Below are positions 23,390 through 35,649 of a stretch of DNA of 64,000 nt, in pieces (positions within the stretch are counted from its first letter, which is position 1; each line of letters opens with the position of its first letter). Under the pieces are notes generated by a model. The model was not told the DNA's origin. It worked only from the letters and a program-made list of their open reading frames with translations, and did not search any database. Origin of the DNA: Octopus sinensis (Eukaryota); NCBI RefSeq assembly GCF_006345805.1, contig NC_043017.1, positions 33,418,001 to 33,482,000 on the forward strand, in the 5' to 3' direction. Position numbers and translations under genes: made by a program.

Positions 23390-24628
23390 TTCTGGTAGCA
23401 GACGAACCACAATTCCCTTCAGGTAGATGGCCCTGCTCGATCTGTAGAAAAGGTGTAGGTAGAAACTCCAAAAATGTACCTGGTGTAAGCTATGGACACT
23501 TAAGATGTGCAGCAATATCAAAGGAAGGCTAACTGGGAAGATAGCTTTTGTGTGTGGCAAATGCTCAGGGGCAATAAACACTGAAAATGTGCAGAAAACA
23601 GCTTCCCTCACATTCCAGGGAGAAAAACTACAAGTAGTTGATAGCTTCTGGTACCTAGGTGACCAAGTCAGTAGCTGAGGTGGATGCTCTGAAAGTGTAG
23701 CTGTTAGAATAAGAATAGCCTGGGCAAAGTTCAGAGAGCTCCTACCTCTGCTGATGACAAAGGACCACTTACTCACAGTGAAAGGTAGACTGTGTGATGC
23801 ATGTGTACTAACAGCCATGCTACACAGCAGTGAACCATTGGCTGTGACAGCTGAGGACATGCTTTAGCTTGCAAGGAATGAAGCTAGTATGCTCTGCTGG
23901 ATGTGTAATGTCAGTGTGCATATAGGGCAGAATGTAAGCACTCTGAGAGAAAAGTTGGACATGAGAAGCATCAGATGTGGTGTGCAAGAGAGACAACTGT
24001 GCTGGTATTGTCATGTGTTGCATGTGGTTGAGGACAGCTGTGTGAAAATGTGTCACACTCTAGCAGTAGGGGGAACCTGTGGAAGAGGTAGACCCAGGAA
24101 GATTTGGGATGAGGTGGTGAAGCACGACCTTCGAACGTTGGGCCTCACTGAGGCTATGACAAGTGACCGAGACCTTTGGAGATATGCTGTGCTTGATAAA
24201 AACCGGCAAGCCAAATGAGACCATAACTGTAGCCTATGCCAGAGCAGCATAATCAGCCCATTTAAGAGCACCTTTCAATCATTAAGCAATAAACTGCACT
24301 TGCAAAGACCTGTTGAGGCAAGTGAAGTCGTTGTTGTGGCTGATAACAGTACTGCTTGATTGGCACCCGTGCCAGTGACACATAAAATGCAGCATCTGAA
24401 CATGGTCGATACCAGCACTGCCTGACTGGCCCTCATGCCGGTGGCACATAAAAAGCACCCATTACACTCACGGAGTGGTTGGCATTAGGAAGGGCATCTA
24501 GCTGTAGAAACTTTGCCAGACTAGATTGGAGCTTGTGCAGCCTTCTGGTTTGCCAGCCCTCAGTCAAACCGTCGAACCCATGCCAGCATGGAAAGCGGAT
24601 GTTAAACGACGATGATGAGGATGATGAT
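23390..24628 (+). mobile_element. 5'-truncated RTE LINE: RT C-terminus with Cys-rich insert plus family D 3'UTR
   Basis: SGRWPCSICRKGVG..CTWCKLW..CGKC..VVDSFWYLGDQV..RIRIAWAKFRELLPLL..ORF 23889-24218 (..GRGRPRKIWDEVVKHDL..) followed by the 3'UTR and a (GAT)n tail; contains stops and frameshifts. Confidence 0.9.
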
Positions 24629-25324
24629 AATAGGCTGTAATATGGGAGACATTTAGCTGTTATGTCTAGCAGAGTGAGTAACTATATAGAAACTTTTTTA
24701 CTGGTATGCATATGGAAATGGCATCTGATATTAATGCTGTTAGTAGTGGCAACTACAGGATAAGAACGACTGATGATTAGCTCTCTTTCTGATTCAGTGG
24801 AACTGTGGCAATAGGAACTGAGATATTGGCTGACATGGTTGTGGCCATGGTGGTAGTGGCAGTGGTAGTGGTGGTGTTGGTGGTGGTGGTGGTGGTGGTG
24901 GTGGAGTCAGCAGCAGACGGAAGGTGAGGAATGTAGTGGAGGTGGTGTTAGTAGCAGTTGTCATTGTTTAGTTCACAAGTCAGCTCTAATCATGAAGACT
25001 GTGATCAGAGGCATTCGAAACTTAATTAAAAATTGTCTTTTTGCACCCTTTTGATGCCAAAACCTGACCCATACCACCCCAGATTCTATGATACAGATTT
25101 ACTGTTTTCTGGTGATTTAAATTGAAACTTTCCAGCAAAATTTCCTGTAAATTTATGTTCCAAACACCAGTTTAATAACACCAAAGTTATTTTACTACAT
25201 TCTTCACTATTTTCGAAATAAACTGAAAGAATGACGATGTATTCTGCCAGAAATATGGAATCAAAAACGGTAAATGTCTTATTTATTTTCTGTATTTGTG
25301 TATTTGAGTGAACTTGGCTATTAT

Positions 25325-25560
25325 TTCTTATTTCTTTATTGCCCACAAGGGGCTGAACATAGAAGGAACAAACAAGGACAGACAAACGGATTAAGTCAAT
25401 TATATCGATCTCCAGTGCGTAACTGGTACTTTTTTAATCGACCCCCGAAAGGATGAAAGCCAAAGTCGACCTCGGCGGAATTTGAACTCAGAGCGTAGCG
25501 GCAGACGAAATACCCCAAAGCATTTTGCCTGGCGTGCTAACGATTCTGCCAGCTCGCCGC
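25325..25560 (-). mobile_element. SINE-B
   Basis: Complete head and core. Confidence 0.9.
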
Positions 25561-26343
25561 TATTATTTCTATCAGACTGTGGGACCACATAGAGGCATCC
25601 TCATTGGCTTGAAGGGACAATTGGTGATAGTAGTGATGGAGATCTGGTGAATGTAAGGAAAGAAATTTATAGAGATGTTTGGTGGTTGAGGTTTTGGCAT
25701 TGGTGTTGATTCTAATGAAAGAAAATTTAGTTGTGATTCTAATATTGGTAATGGCACTGATGCCTGGAAAAATAGCAAAGGTTGTTTTATTATGATTGAG
25801 AAATTTGTCTGAAAACTTATGACAACAATAACAGATTCTCTATTTAATGGTCGGTGCCATGAAGGGCACTGAGGCATGGCGGCTCTACTTCAATTTACAC
25901 GTTTCCTGAAGCAGAACATGTTGCCACAGTCATTATGAGATAAGGGTCAACAGATATTGTGCACATTTGTGATCATGCCAAACGAAAACCAGGCAGAAAT
26001 ATCTTGCCCGTGCCAGCTGAACTGAAGAACCATGAAGATAAAGGTGGCGGTGATGGTACCGACCATAATTAGCGAGATGGTACAAGATATTATTGTCATT
26101 AACCTGAAGATTTATTCTTTAAATACATATTTAATATAAAATATTAAATTTATTCTCTTCGTGTGTGCATATACATACAGATATATATATATATATATGT
26201 ATGTATGTATGTATATACACTTCCAAATACGTGGGTTTCTACCGCAAATTCAATTTCTACATTGCTTGGCACACAGCCATATAAAGCTGAGTGACTTAAA
26301 GCTTCTTCAAAAATTTATGCCCGCTATTATGGATGTATATCAT

Positions 26344-26752
26344 ATGGATTACTCCAAGGAAAATATACCTACACCAACAAATAATCCACATCTTGGGATG
26401 CTTCTGGAGAAAGTTGAAAACTTCTTACGATGGATGTCTTGTTTTTCTTACTTTCTCATTGGCCAGCGTCCTTGTTTTTAAAATATATATATATAATATA
26501 AATATATAATTTTTTAAAAAATATATATAAAAAAAAACAAAAAAAACAGCGAGCTGACAGAATCGTTAGCACGCAGAGAAAAATGCTTAGTGACATTTTG
26601 TCCGTCAGCACGACCTGAGTTCAAGTTCTGCTGCGGTTAACTTTGCCTAATGGCGGTGCATCATCATGGCCGCAGCTCTGAGCTAAAACTAGAAAAAAAA
26701 AATGCAACAACAATGCCTGAAAGATTGCATAGAGATGCAGGGCATCAATATA
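26344..26752 (+). mobile_element. Composite: putative N-terminus of a second PLE + (TA)-tailed terminus + internally deleted SINE (26545-26700)
   Basis: MDYSKENIPTPTNNPHLGMLLEKVENFLRW resembles the N-terminal YSLKNIPIP...EKVE.F..RMRW block I recall from invertebrate PLE ORFs. 26430 onward matches 20475-20583. A SINE-B head is fused to a CR1-type tail. Confidence 0.45.
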
Positions 26753-26753
26753 T

Positions 26754-28191
26754 CTCCCACATCCACGATATCAACCATGCTCTCCGGCTTTTCAACTCTT
26801 TCTCCTTTCCTCCCGGCTCCTCCAAAATCCTTTTTACTATGGACATCCAAAGCCTCTATACTGTTATCCCTCACCACGAAGGACTGCAGGCCCTTCGACA
26901 CTTTCTTGACCTCCGCTCTAACCCTGTACCTGACACCTCCACACTCATTCGTCTGGCCGAACTTGTCCTTACTCTGAACTGCTTCTCGTTCGAGGGCGAG
27001 TTCTACCATCAGATCTCGGGAGTGGCCATGGGAACGCGAATGGGCCCCAACTATGCGAACCTGTTCGTTGGCTATGTTGAGGCCCAAATATTCTCTAATT
27101 TCACTGGTCCCACTCCTGAACTATATGGTCGTTACATTGACGACATTATCGGTGCCACCTCACTCTCCCGTGAACATCTAGATTCCTTCCTCTCTTTCGT
27201 CCAATCTTTCCATCCAGCTCTCCACTTCACTTCCACTATCTCCAACACCTCTGTCTCCTTCCTCGACATTTCGGTTAGCATTCTTCACTCCACTCTTACC
27301 ACCTCCATTCACTAAAAACACACAGACTCACACTCATACCTCAACTTCTCTTCCTCCCACCCAGAACACACCAAGCTTTCCATCCCCTATTCCCAATTCC
27401 TCCGTCTACGTAGGCTCTGTAGTGACGACCATGACTTTGAGACTCAGTCTCAACGTATGGCTCACCACTTCACCCTACGTGGATACCCCCTCACCACTAT
27501 CCACACCGCCCTTGCCAGAGCACGGTCCGTGGACCGTGTATCTGCTCTCTCTCCCCGAACCCGCCCTGTAGTCTCCCGCCTCCCTTTTCCCCTCACTTAC
27601 CACCCCACGACCCTACGTCTCCAACGCACCATTCTTCGAGCTTTCCGTCATCTCCAGTCCGACCCGTCTACTTCACACCTCTTCCCTAACCAACCCCTCC
27701 CCTCTTTCAAACGAGCCCACAACCTTCGAGACCTTTTGGTCCATAGCTCCTTCCCTGACCCTACCTCCCAACCTGGCTCGTTCCCCTGCTCCCGCCCACG
27801 TTGCCGCACTTGCCCATACCTCTCCAACACCACTCGCCTCACTAGCACCCACCATCGACCTTATCCCATCATCCACTCCTTCACCTGCACCTCCAGCAAT
27901 ATTATCTATTGCGTCTCTTGCTCTCTCTGCAATTCCTTGTACATCGGACAAACGGGACGCCGCTTGGCTGACCGGTTCGCGGAACACCTTCGTGACATCC
28001 ACCTTGCGAACGACACACCGGTCTCACGCCATTTCCGCTCCACCGGTCACTCCTTGCAACACCTATCTGTGTTCGGTTTGTCCTTACACAGAGGCCATCC
28101 GGATTCCCGTTTGCGCCGTGAACAGGAATTAATCTTCTCTCTTCGCTCTTATACGCCATTTGGTCTCAACTCTCCCCCCCTCCTCATCTAA
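26754..28191 (+). pseudogene. PLE RT-GIY-YIG ORF interrupted by a single in-frame TAA (27313-27315)
   Basis: ORFs 26650-27315 and 27457-28191 are in the same frame. The intervening codons read KHTDSHSYLNFSSSHPEHTKLSIPYSQFLRLRRLCSD, the conserved PLE thumb. Confidence 0.9.
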
Positions 28192-28909
28192 GCCCCCTCT
28201 CCCCCTCCTCACCTATCCTTCCCCCCGACCCCAACTTCTTCAGTCCTTCATCCTTTCACCCCTACTCTCCTTCCCTTCTTCCCTCTTTCACCCTCCCTCC
28301 TTCCCTCTTCCCTCTCCTCCCTCACTCCCCTTCTCCCTCCCCCTCCCCTCTTTCCTCCTTCCTCCCTCCTCCTCCCCTTCCTTCTCCCCCTCCTCTCTCT
28401 CTCCCCCTCCTCTCCTCTTCCCCCTCTCCCCCCTCTTCTTCCCCTCCCCTTCTCTCCCCCCTCTTCTCCCCCCTCTTCTCCTCACTACACCACACGACTT
28501 TACACATCACATCATATATGATGTGCCATACTAATACATACACCAACTAATACATACTAATACGTACTAATACATACTAATACATACACGAACCCTATAC
28601 ATACACACGTCCAGACCCCTCATACGCACTTATACTCTCTCATACACACACACACTTATACATACTAATACGTACTAATACATACTAATACATACTAATA
28701 CATACACCAACCCCATACATACGCCTGTCCAGACCTATCCTAGGGTCATTCAACCCTATTATCAACCCTATTATCTCCCCTTATTTCGCTCTCGCGTCTC
28801 AAGTTTGATCTTTGACCTCTGGCCGAAATCAGATCGCCATGTTGATTCGTTAGTTACTGCACGCATTTTTTTTCTCTCCTTCTTTCTGTGTTTTTTTTCT
28901 CTCTGTGTA

Positions 28910-28947
28910 TCTTTCTGTTGAAGAGCGTAGGCTCGAAACGTTAAAGA
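28910..28947 (+). ncRNA. Minimal type I hammerhead ribozyme variant in the PLE 3' end
   Basis: UCUUU CUGUUGA A GAGC-GUAG-GCUC GAA ACGU U AAAGA: stem I UCUUU/AAAGA, stem II GAGC/GCUC, palindromic AACGUU; the core has A6U. Confidence 0.7.
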
Positions 28948-29044
28948 CTTGTTTTATTTATATTTCCTGAGCGCCATACTAATACAATTGTTTGTTTGTT
29001 TTCCACCTGCCTTCGTCTTTTGTCTATTTTCATAAAGCTTCCCG

Positions 29045-29084
<40 letters not shown>

Positions 29085-29944
29085 CAAATTAAATAAAATA
29101 AAAAACAGGACACAAAGGATGTCGCAGTACACATCTTTCGAGCTTCATAAAACAACTTATCCTTACATCAATGTATAATCAACATAACAGATAGTTCAAA
29201 AGCCCTCTTCAGCTGCATGCAATTGCTACACCAAAGACTTGTATCACATTATGAAAGGTTTGAGAAAGAAGATTTGGTATTGTTTATAATGGTAGGTAAA
29301 CTGAGTATCACTGAGAAAGTATGTTTGTAAATCTTCATAATCAAATAGGTGTACAATAGGTGTATTGGACTCCACAAATCCGTCCATACCGTTTTCTCAC
29401 TCAATATAGAGCGAATACTGGGTAGATTCCGGTTGGGTTCATTCGTCTTGTAAGGGAAGGAAAAAAAAATATATATGTATATATAAAAATATATATATAT
29501 ATAAATGACAATTTCTGTCTGTCTATCTCAGTTTCCGTCTGACGGTTACCAACTTAGTGCCTAAAGCACCAAACAAATATTCACGAAGCTTTGCATACAT
29601 GTGATACTAACATCCAGTTCAATAATAGGCTAATTGGATTTCAATAAAAATTTATAATGTGCCTCTAGGTGCATTGAGCGATTTATATGATAAAATGACA
29701 AGGTTGCAAAAAGTATAATTCAGAGATAGTAAGAGAGAGAGGTTGACTTATATCAGTGAAGGTGAGAACAGTGGCGTATGTGGGATGGTAATGTTAATAA
29801 AGCTGTCATATATGACACTGCATGCATACTTTTGTAAATGCATAGATACAACACACATAGAAAGGTGTACCTTTAAGGAGAGAGGGGGTAGGTGGCTTTT
29901 CTGCTGTGCATCACAAAGGAAGACTCACACACAAACACACATAC

Positions 29945-30500
29945 GCATGTTGGCTGCCCCCTCGTTATCGAGTATGGTCATTGCGTGAAGCTTAATCAAT
30001 GTTGTTATCGTGCAATGCCTGTGCAAGAAGATTTTTTTTAAAGTGAGGAAAGGCTGTGCACTGAGTCAATCCCACTCACTAGGCAACAGCAGCCATAATC
30101 CGAAAAGAAGAACAAGTCAACATCATCGGTAACCACTGAGCCGCAGGTTTTATGTCGGAGTTATCCCAGTTACCTGAGTTACCTTCTCCTAGAAGGATGC
30201 CCTAACAAAGGCTAGGAGTCCTTCACTCCTAATGGTTTAACCGTGCAATTGGGTATTCAGTCCGATTATTTCTATGTCCTCACGCATGATACAGCCTTAA
30301 GACATCTACTGGATGGCCGTTGACTCTCAAGAGTTCTTCCGCCCTTTGATGGGTTTTGCTTTTCATCCCGCAGGGTGTCCAATAAACACCCTCCTCCCCA
30401 AGGAAGCTTGGTGGGGTTGCCAGTTTAGTCGCCAACGACCCGACCATGTAACTGGTTATACTGGGTTACATGTTACCAGTAGCACTCAAACGTGACCTGA
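29945..30500 (-). mobile_element. LINE 5'UTR-like interspersed repeat (RTE-type), no ORF attached
   Basis: GC-richer block containing TAGCCTT.GTTAGG..A.C..TCTAGGAGAAGG.AACTC and GTCG..GGCGACTAAA motifs that I recognise from RTE-type 5' regions. Confidence 0.5.
30411..30500 (-). ncRNA. Candidate HDV-like ribozyme, 3' half
   Basis: Minus: CAG GUCACGU UUG AGUGCUACU GG UAAC AUGUAAC..GUUACAU GG..GUCG-UUGG-CGA CUAA ACUGG. The 5' strands of P1 and P2 were not found upstream. Confidence 0.4.
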
Positions 30501-31074
30501 CATATACACATTCATACATACATACACACATATATATACCTCTCATTGTATGTATGTGTGTGTGTGTGTGTGTGCATGTGTTTATAAGCATGTGTAAGAA
30601 TGTTCGTACTTTCAGATCATTACAGCAGAGAAGGTCAATGAGGAAGCTTGTGTATTGTTGCTGAAACTGCTAGGTACATTGTACCTAGAGAGAGAAAATA
30701 AAACAGGTGAGATAGGTACAGTTTGGGATTAAACAACCAGAACAACAGTCACTAATCTGAAAGCAGTACAACTTTATATCCACATCAACAATAATCCTTG
30801 GTTTCAGGCCCTCTATTAGATATCATGAGGTTAAGAGTACAATCGAAATGAACATGAGGGCCTGGTAGTCAAGTTTATCCCACACCAAAGCCTACCCAAT
30901 GGTGTAGCTTGAGAAGTGGTTCCCACATGGGATCCATCTGACGTTGGGGGATGGAGGGGGTCCATTTAAGATTTTGTTGCTAAATTTTTTTTCTTGATAG
31001 GTAGTGTTAAGGTGTTTATTATAAATGAGATTTTTTGCCCATGCAGTAATTAGTGTGAATATGTAGGGACAACT

Positions 31075-32990
31075 TAAGGTGGCCAGCTGGCAGAATCGTT
31101 AACATACTGCACAAAATGCTTAGCAGCATTTTATCCATCTCTAGATTCAGGGTTCAAATGCTGCTCAGATCGACTTTGTCTTTTACCCTTTCAGGGTCAA
31201 TAAAATAAACAGCACTGGTTAAGCATTGAGGTTGATGTCTCTGACTTATCTCCCCCACACCCAAACATGCTGGCTTTGTGCCAAAATTTAAAGCCAATAT
31301 GTAGAACCACTACACAAGATTACATCAAACAGTGTTAAATTACAATTTGGCTGACAGCAGTTTTAAGAATATAGTTAAGTGAAAGTATTATATTTACATG
31401 TCTTGAATTCTACTGAGGAATTTTTCTTCTTTAACTACAAAACTTGAATCTATTTTCCAAATATGATATTGTAAAAAACAGACAACAGTATTGTTCTGGC
31501 TTGTTTATCTGCAAATCATTTGTTATCCGTTCACAGAGTGACCTGGGTCATATTTAGATTGTGTTTGTGGAATCGGAACTAATCCTGCAATGGTAAAGTA
31601 GAATCAAAAGCACAATTTTGAACACAATAAATCTGTTGTTGCTTTAATTTTATGACCAAAGACAAAAAAAAACAATACGTTTCAATCTTTCTGACAACTT
31701 TTGTATCTTTTATCTTTTTATTTTTTACTTGCTCCAGTCATTAGATTGCGGCCATGCAGGGGCACTGCCTTGAAAAATTCTAGTCGAATGAATAACCCCA
31801 GTAATTAGTTTTTTTAAAGCCTTACTTATTCTGTCAGTACTATTCTCTCAGTCTCATTCTGCTGAACTGCTAAGTAATAGGGACATAAACATACCAACAC
31901 CAGCTGTCAAGTGGTAAGGGGGTACAAACATAGCTGGCAGAACCGATAGCACACCCGGCGAAATGCTTAGCGGTATTTCATCTGCCGTTACGTTCTGAGT
32001 TCAAATTCTGCCGAGGTCGACTTTGCCTTTCATCCTTTCGGGGTTGATTAAATAAGTACCAGTTATGCACTGGGGTAGAAATAATCGACTTAATCCCTTT
32101 GTCTGTCCTTGTTTGTTCCCTCTCTGTTTAGCCCCTTGTGGATAGTAAAGAAATGAGATGCATACACATAGATATATATGTACATATATACATATATGTA
32201 CATACACACACACAAATATATATAGATATGTTGGGTTTCTTTCAGTTTCCATCTACTAAATCCACTCACAAGGCTTTGATCAGTAGACAACACTTACCCA
32301 AAGTGAAACCCAGTGGGAATGAACCCGTACCTATGTGGTTGGGAAGCAAGCTTCTTACCACACAACCACACCTGTGCCTATATAATTTTGTACTGAGGAA
32401 AGTCTTTGAAATGAGAATGACAAAATGTTAACAACTTTTTAAGAAATTTGCAGTTTATAATAATTTTATTATTCAGCATCTAAGAAGCTGTCCACTACCA
32501 AATGGTCGGTTAATAATGTGCATGTCATTAAGGTAGCAAGCTGGCAGAATCATAAACATACCAGGTAAAATGCTTCATGGTATTTTATCTGTCTAAGGTG
32601 GCGAACTGGCAGAAACGTTAGCATGCTGGGCGAAATGCTTAGCGGTATTTCGTCTGCCATTACGTTCTGAGTTCAAATTCCGCCGAGGTCAACTTTGCCT
32701 TTCATCCTTTCGGGGTCGATTAAATAAGTACCAGTTATGCACTGGCATCGATATAATCGACTGAATCCATTTGTCTGTCCTTGTTTGTCCCCTCTCTGTG
32801 TTTAGCCCCTTGTGGGTAGTAAAGAAATAGGTATTTCATCTGTCTCTATGTGCTGAGTTCAGATTTTGTCATGGTTGACTTAGCCTTCTATCCGTTCAGG
32901 TTTAATAAAACAAGTACCAGTTGAACACTGGGGTCAGTGTAAGCAATTTATACTCTCCCTGAAATTGCTGGCCTTGTGACAAAACTTGAA
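31075..32990. mobile_element. Nested SINE-B and SINE-A cluster (about 31075-31300, 31730-31920, 31930-32150, 32230-32380, 32530-32990)
   Basis: Repeated SINE-B cores on +, SINE-A pieces on -, and a SINE-B inserted in an older SINE-B at about 32595. Confidence 0.8.
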
Positions 32991-33439
32991 ATCAGTCATG
33001 TGCACATCATCTTTTCAGATCAGTAGGTGTTTACACCTACTGTTTTTCCCAACCAATAAGTCAAATTTTTGGGACCAAAATTTATAGTCAAAATAAGAGG
33101 GTCAACCCTGATGACTTTGAAGGACAAAAAATTTCATGTTAAATGCATCGGGATTTGCTAAGATAGTAATGATACTGGGATGGTTACATCACATATTTAC
33201 AGTTTATTCTACATTGACATGAAATACAGTGTGTCAGCTCTAACTTAGCAGATCTATTATCAAAGACATTACATCAGTGGACAACATGCTTCTGGTTAAT
33301 GTGTAATATATACATATATTGCCACTTTTTAAAAGGGTAACTTGTCAGCTGAGAGGGATGTGTCTACATCGTTCAAAGGTCAAGTGACCACATAAAACTC
33401 CTACATCTCTTTGTTTTTGTCTATCTCTTTCTCTTTCTC

Positions 33440-33805
33440 TCTTTTACTTGTTTCAGTCATTTGACTGCGGCCATGCTGGAGCACCGCCTTTTGTCGAGCA
33501 AATCGACCCCGGGACTTATTCTTTTTGTAAGCCCAGCACTTATTCTATCAGTCTCTTTTGCCGAACTGCTAAGTGACGGGGACGTAAACACACCAGCATC
33601 GGTTGTCAAGCAATGCTAGTTGGACAAACACACAAACACACAAACACACACACATATATATATATATAAATATACATACGGCAGGCTTCTTTCAGTTTCC
33701 GTCTACCAAATCCACTCACAAGGCATTGGTCGGCCCGGGGCTATAGCAGAAGACACTTGCCCAAGGTGCCATGCAGTGGGACTGAACCCGGAACCATGTG
33801 GTCTA
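33440..33805 (-). mobile_element. SINE-A (young subfamily)
   Basis: Shares GTGACGGGGACG, CAATGCTAG and AAGGCATTGGTCGGCCCGGGGCTATAGCAG variants with copies at 43140, 43883 and 51320. Confidence 0.9.
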
Positions 33806-35649
33806 AATCAGTGGCAAAAATAACAGGATGACAAGATAAATACCTAAATGTATTTAGATTCAAATCTCTTTATTGTCAGTTCAAATTTTATCCAGGTCAA
33901 AATTGCCAATCCTTGCTTTAGTGTCTGTAAAATAACCATCAGGCCAAGTACTGAGTCAATTCAATTAACCATTTACGATAGCTTTTCCCCAACAAATTTC
34001 TCTGCTTCTGCCAATATAAACCATCAAATCATCAAATCTTTGGTGTTTGCTCATTTATTATCATTTTAATAGGAATTTTAGGTTTTCTATTTCTTCTCTC
34101 TGTATTTTTTTTTTTTTTTTTGACTTGCCTAATATTTTCTTATTTCCTCTCTGGCAAGAATTTATATATTTACTTTTTCTGAGATATTGACTTTTAGCAA
34201 TAAATAAATAAATGAATAAATAACAAATCAGGTAAACAGTAGCCACAGGTAAGAAACATAGACAAGAGAATATAACGCTGAGAAAGTATGAATGCATATC
34301 AACAATTAGTGATATAAGCACAACTACCACCACCACCACTACCACCACCACCAACACCACCACCACCACCACTACCACCACTGCTGTTGCCATCATCCAT
34401 TTCCCCACTCCCACCATACCAACTGCCTTCACCACTGCCACCACTATGATGGTCAATGCTATTGCAGATGATTTTGCTAAAGAAATCTCATTAACTGTGT
34501 AAATAATGAATGTATGAAGAGAGGGAATGATTTACTAAGTATTTGAGGATGATCAACAAGTTTGCATTTTTTATTGTTTAATTGAAGATTGGAAAAAAAT
34601 GATTATTGCAAGATTTAAATCATTATTGTCAATACATTATTATTATCCCCTCGCTATTGTTAACGTCATCGTTACATTATTATCATTATCATGATCATAT
34701 TATTACCGTTACCATCATGACATAACTATCATCGTCATCATTAATACCTAACACCACACCCAAGAGTAAACTAAAAAGTTCTGTAACAACAGGATCAAAG
34801 GAATATTGAAGTGATTATTAAGCATTAATATTAATTAATTAGTGGTTTCATGCAATTTTCATTAAATGGGTAAAGTCAAGCATTGATAATGCTTAAAATG
34901 CATTTATGCACAATTTAATTTCATATCTCTTTTTTGTGTTTTTTTGGTATAAAAGTTCTATAGGTGTTTTGCTTTTTTTCTTTGGATTCTCATCAATGTT
35001 GCAACGTAATATATAGTGATTCTAATCCTTAGGGAACTTTTAAGAGCCGGTACTTAGTTCCTGTATAATGATATTCAATGGAAGAGAGATTTCTCTTTAG
35101 ATGAATTCTCTGTGGATCTGAATCCTCCCTTTAGTCAGCAACATGAACTCACCACATGCACAGAAAATGAGTGTAAGAATAAATGTAGCTAATGCCATAC
35201 CCATTCTTCAGTTACTGAACTGTGACCACCATGGGGCACTGCCTTAAAGGGTTTAGTTGACTGTATCAATCTAAATACTTATTTTTTTAATTTGGTACTT
35301 CTCAATCAATATCTGCTGAATGGTTAGGGCACTGAGCTGGCAGAATCCTTAGCATACCAGACAAGATGCTTAGTGGCTTTTCATCTTTACATTCTGAGTT
35401 CAAGTTCCACTGAAGTTGACTTTGCTTTTCATCATTTCAGAGTTGATGAAATAAATACCAGTTGAGCACTGGGGAGTAATGTAATCAACTTATCCCTCCC
35501 TGAAATTGCTAGTCTTGAGCCAAAATTTGAAACTAATATTTGTTGAACTGCTAAGTTATGTTATATAAACAAAGAAACCTGCAGACATACAAATATACAA
35601 ATAGCCAGATTCATACACACACACACACTCATATGAGTGTATATAGATC

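Larger units (their letters stand above)
26754..29046 (+). mobile_element. Penelope-like element (Neptune-type), 5'-truncated, with pyrimidine-rich 3'UTR, HHR and (TA)n tail
   Basis: RT motifs LFTMDIQSLYT, GVAMGTRMGPNYANLF, YGRYIDD; Cys linker CSRPRCRTC; GIY-YIG IIYCVSCSLCNSLYIGQTGRRLADRFAEH; HHR at 28910-28947. Confidence 0.95.

Noticed and set aside
25572-26100. GC-balanced block possibly encoding a decayed PLE N-terminus on the minus strand (..KIFLPGFRL..)
   Set aside because: Similarity is too short and requires several frameshifts; unresolved.
26713-26750. TGCCTGAAAGATTGCATAGAGATGCAGGGCA hairpin as a possible ribozyme
   Set aside because: No GAAA after stem II, and the inner stem is not preserved in the homologue at 20547-20581.
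30670-30688. Short perfect hairpins (CTAGGTAC/GTACCTAG here; TGTGACAGG/CCTGTCACA at 49780-49805)
   Set aside because: 8-9 bp stems are expected by chance a few times in 64 kb; no supporting context.
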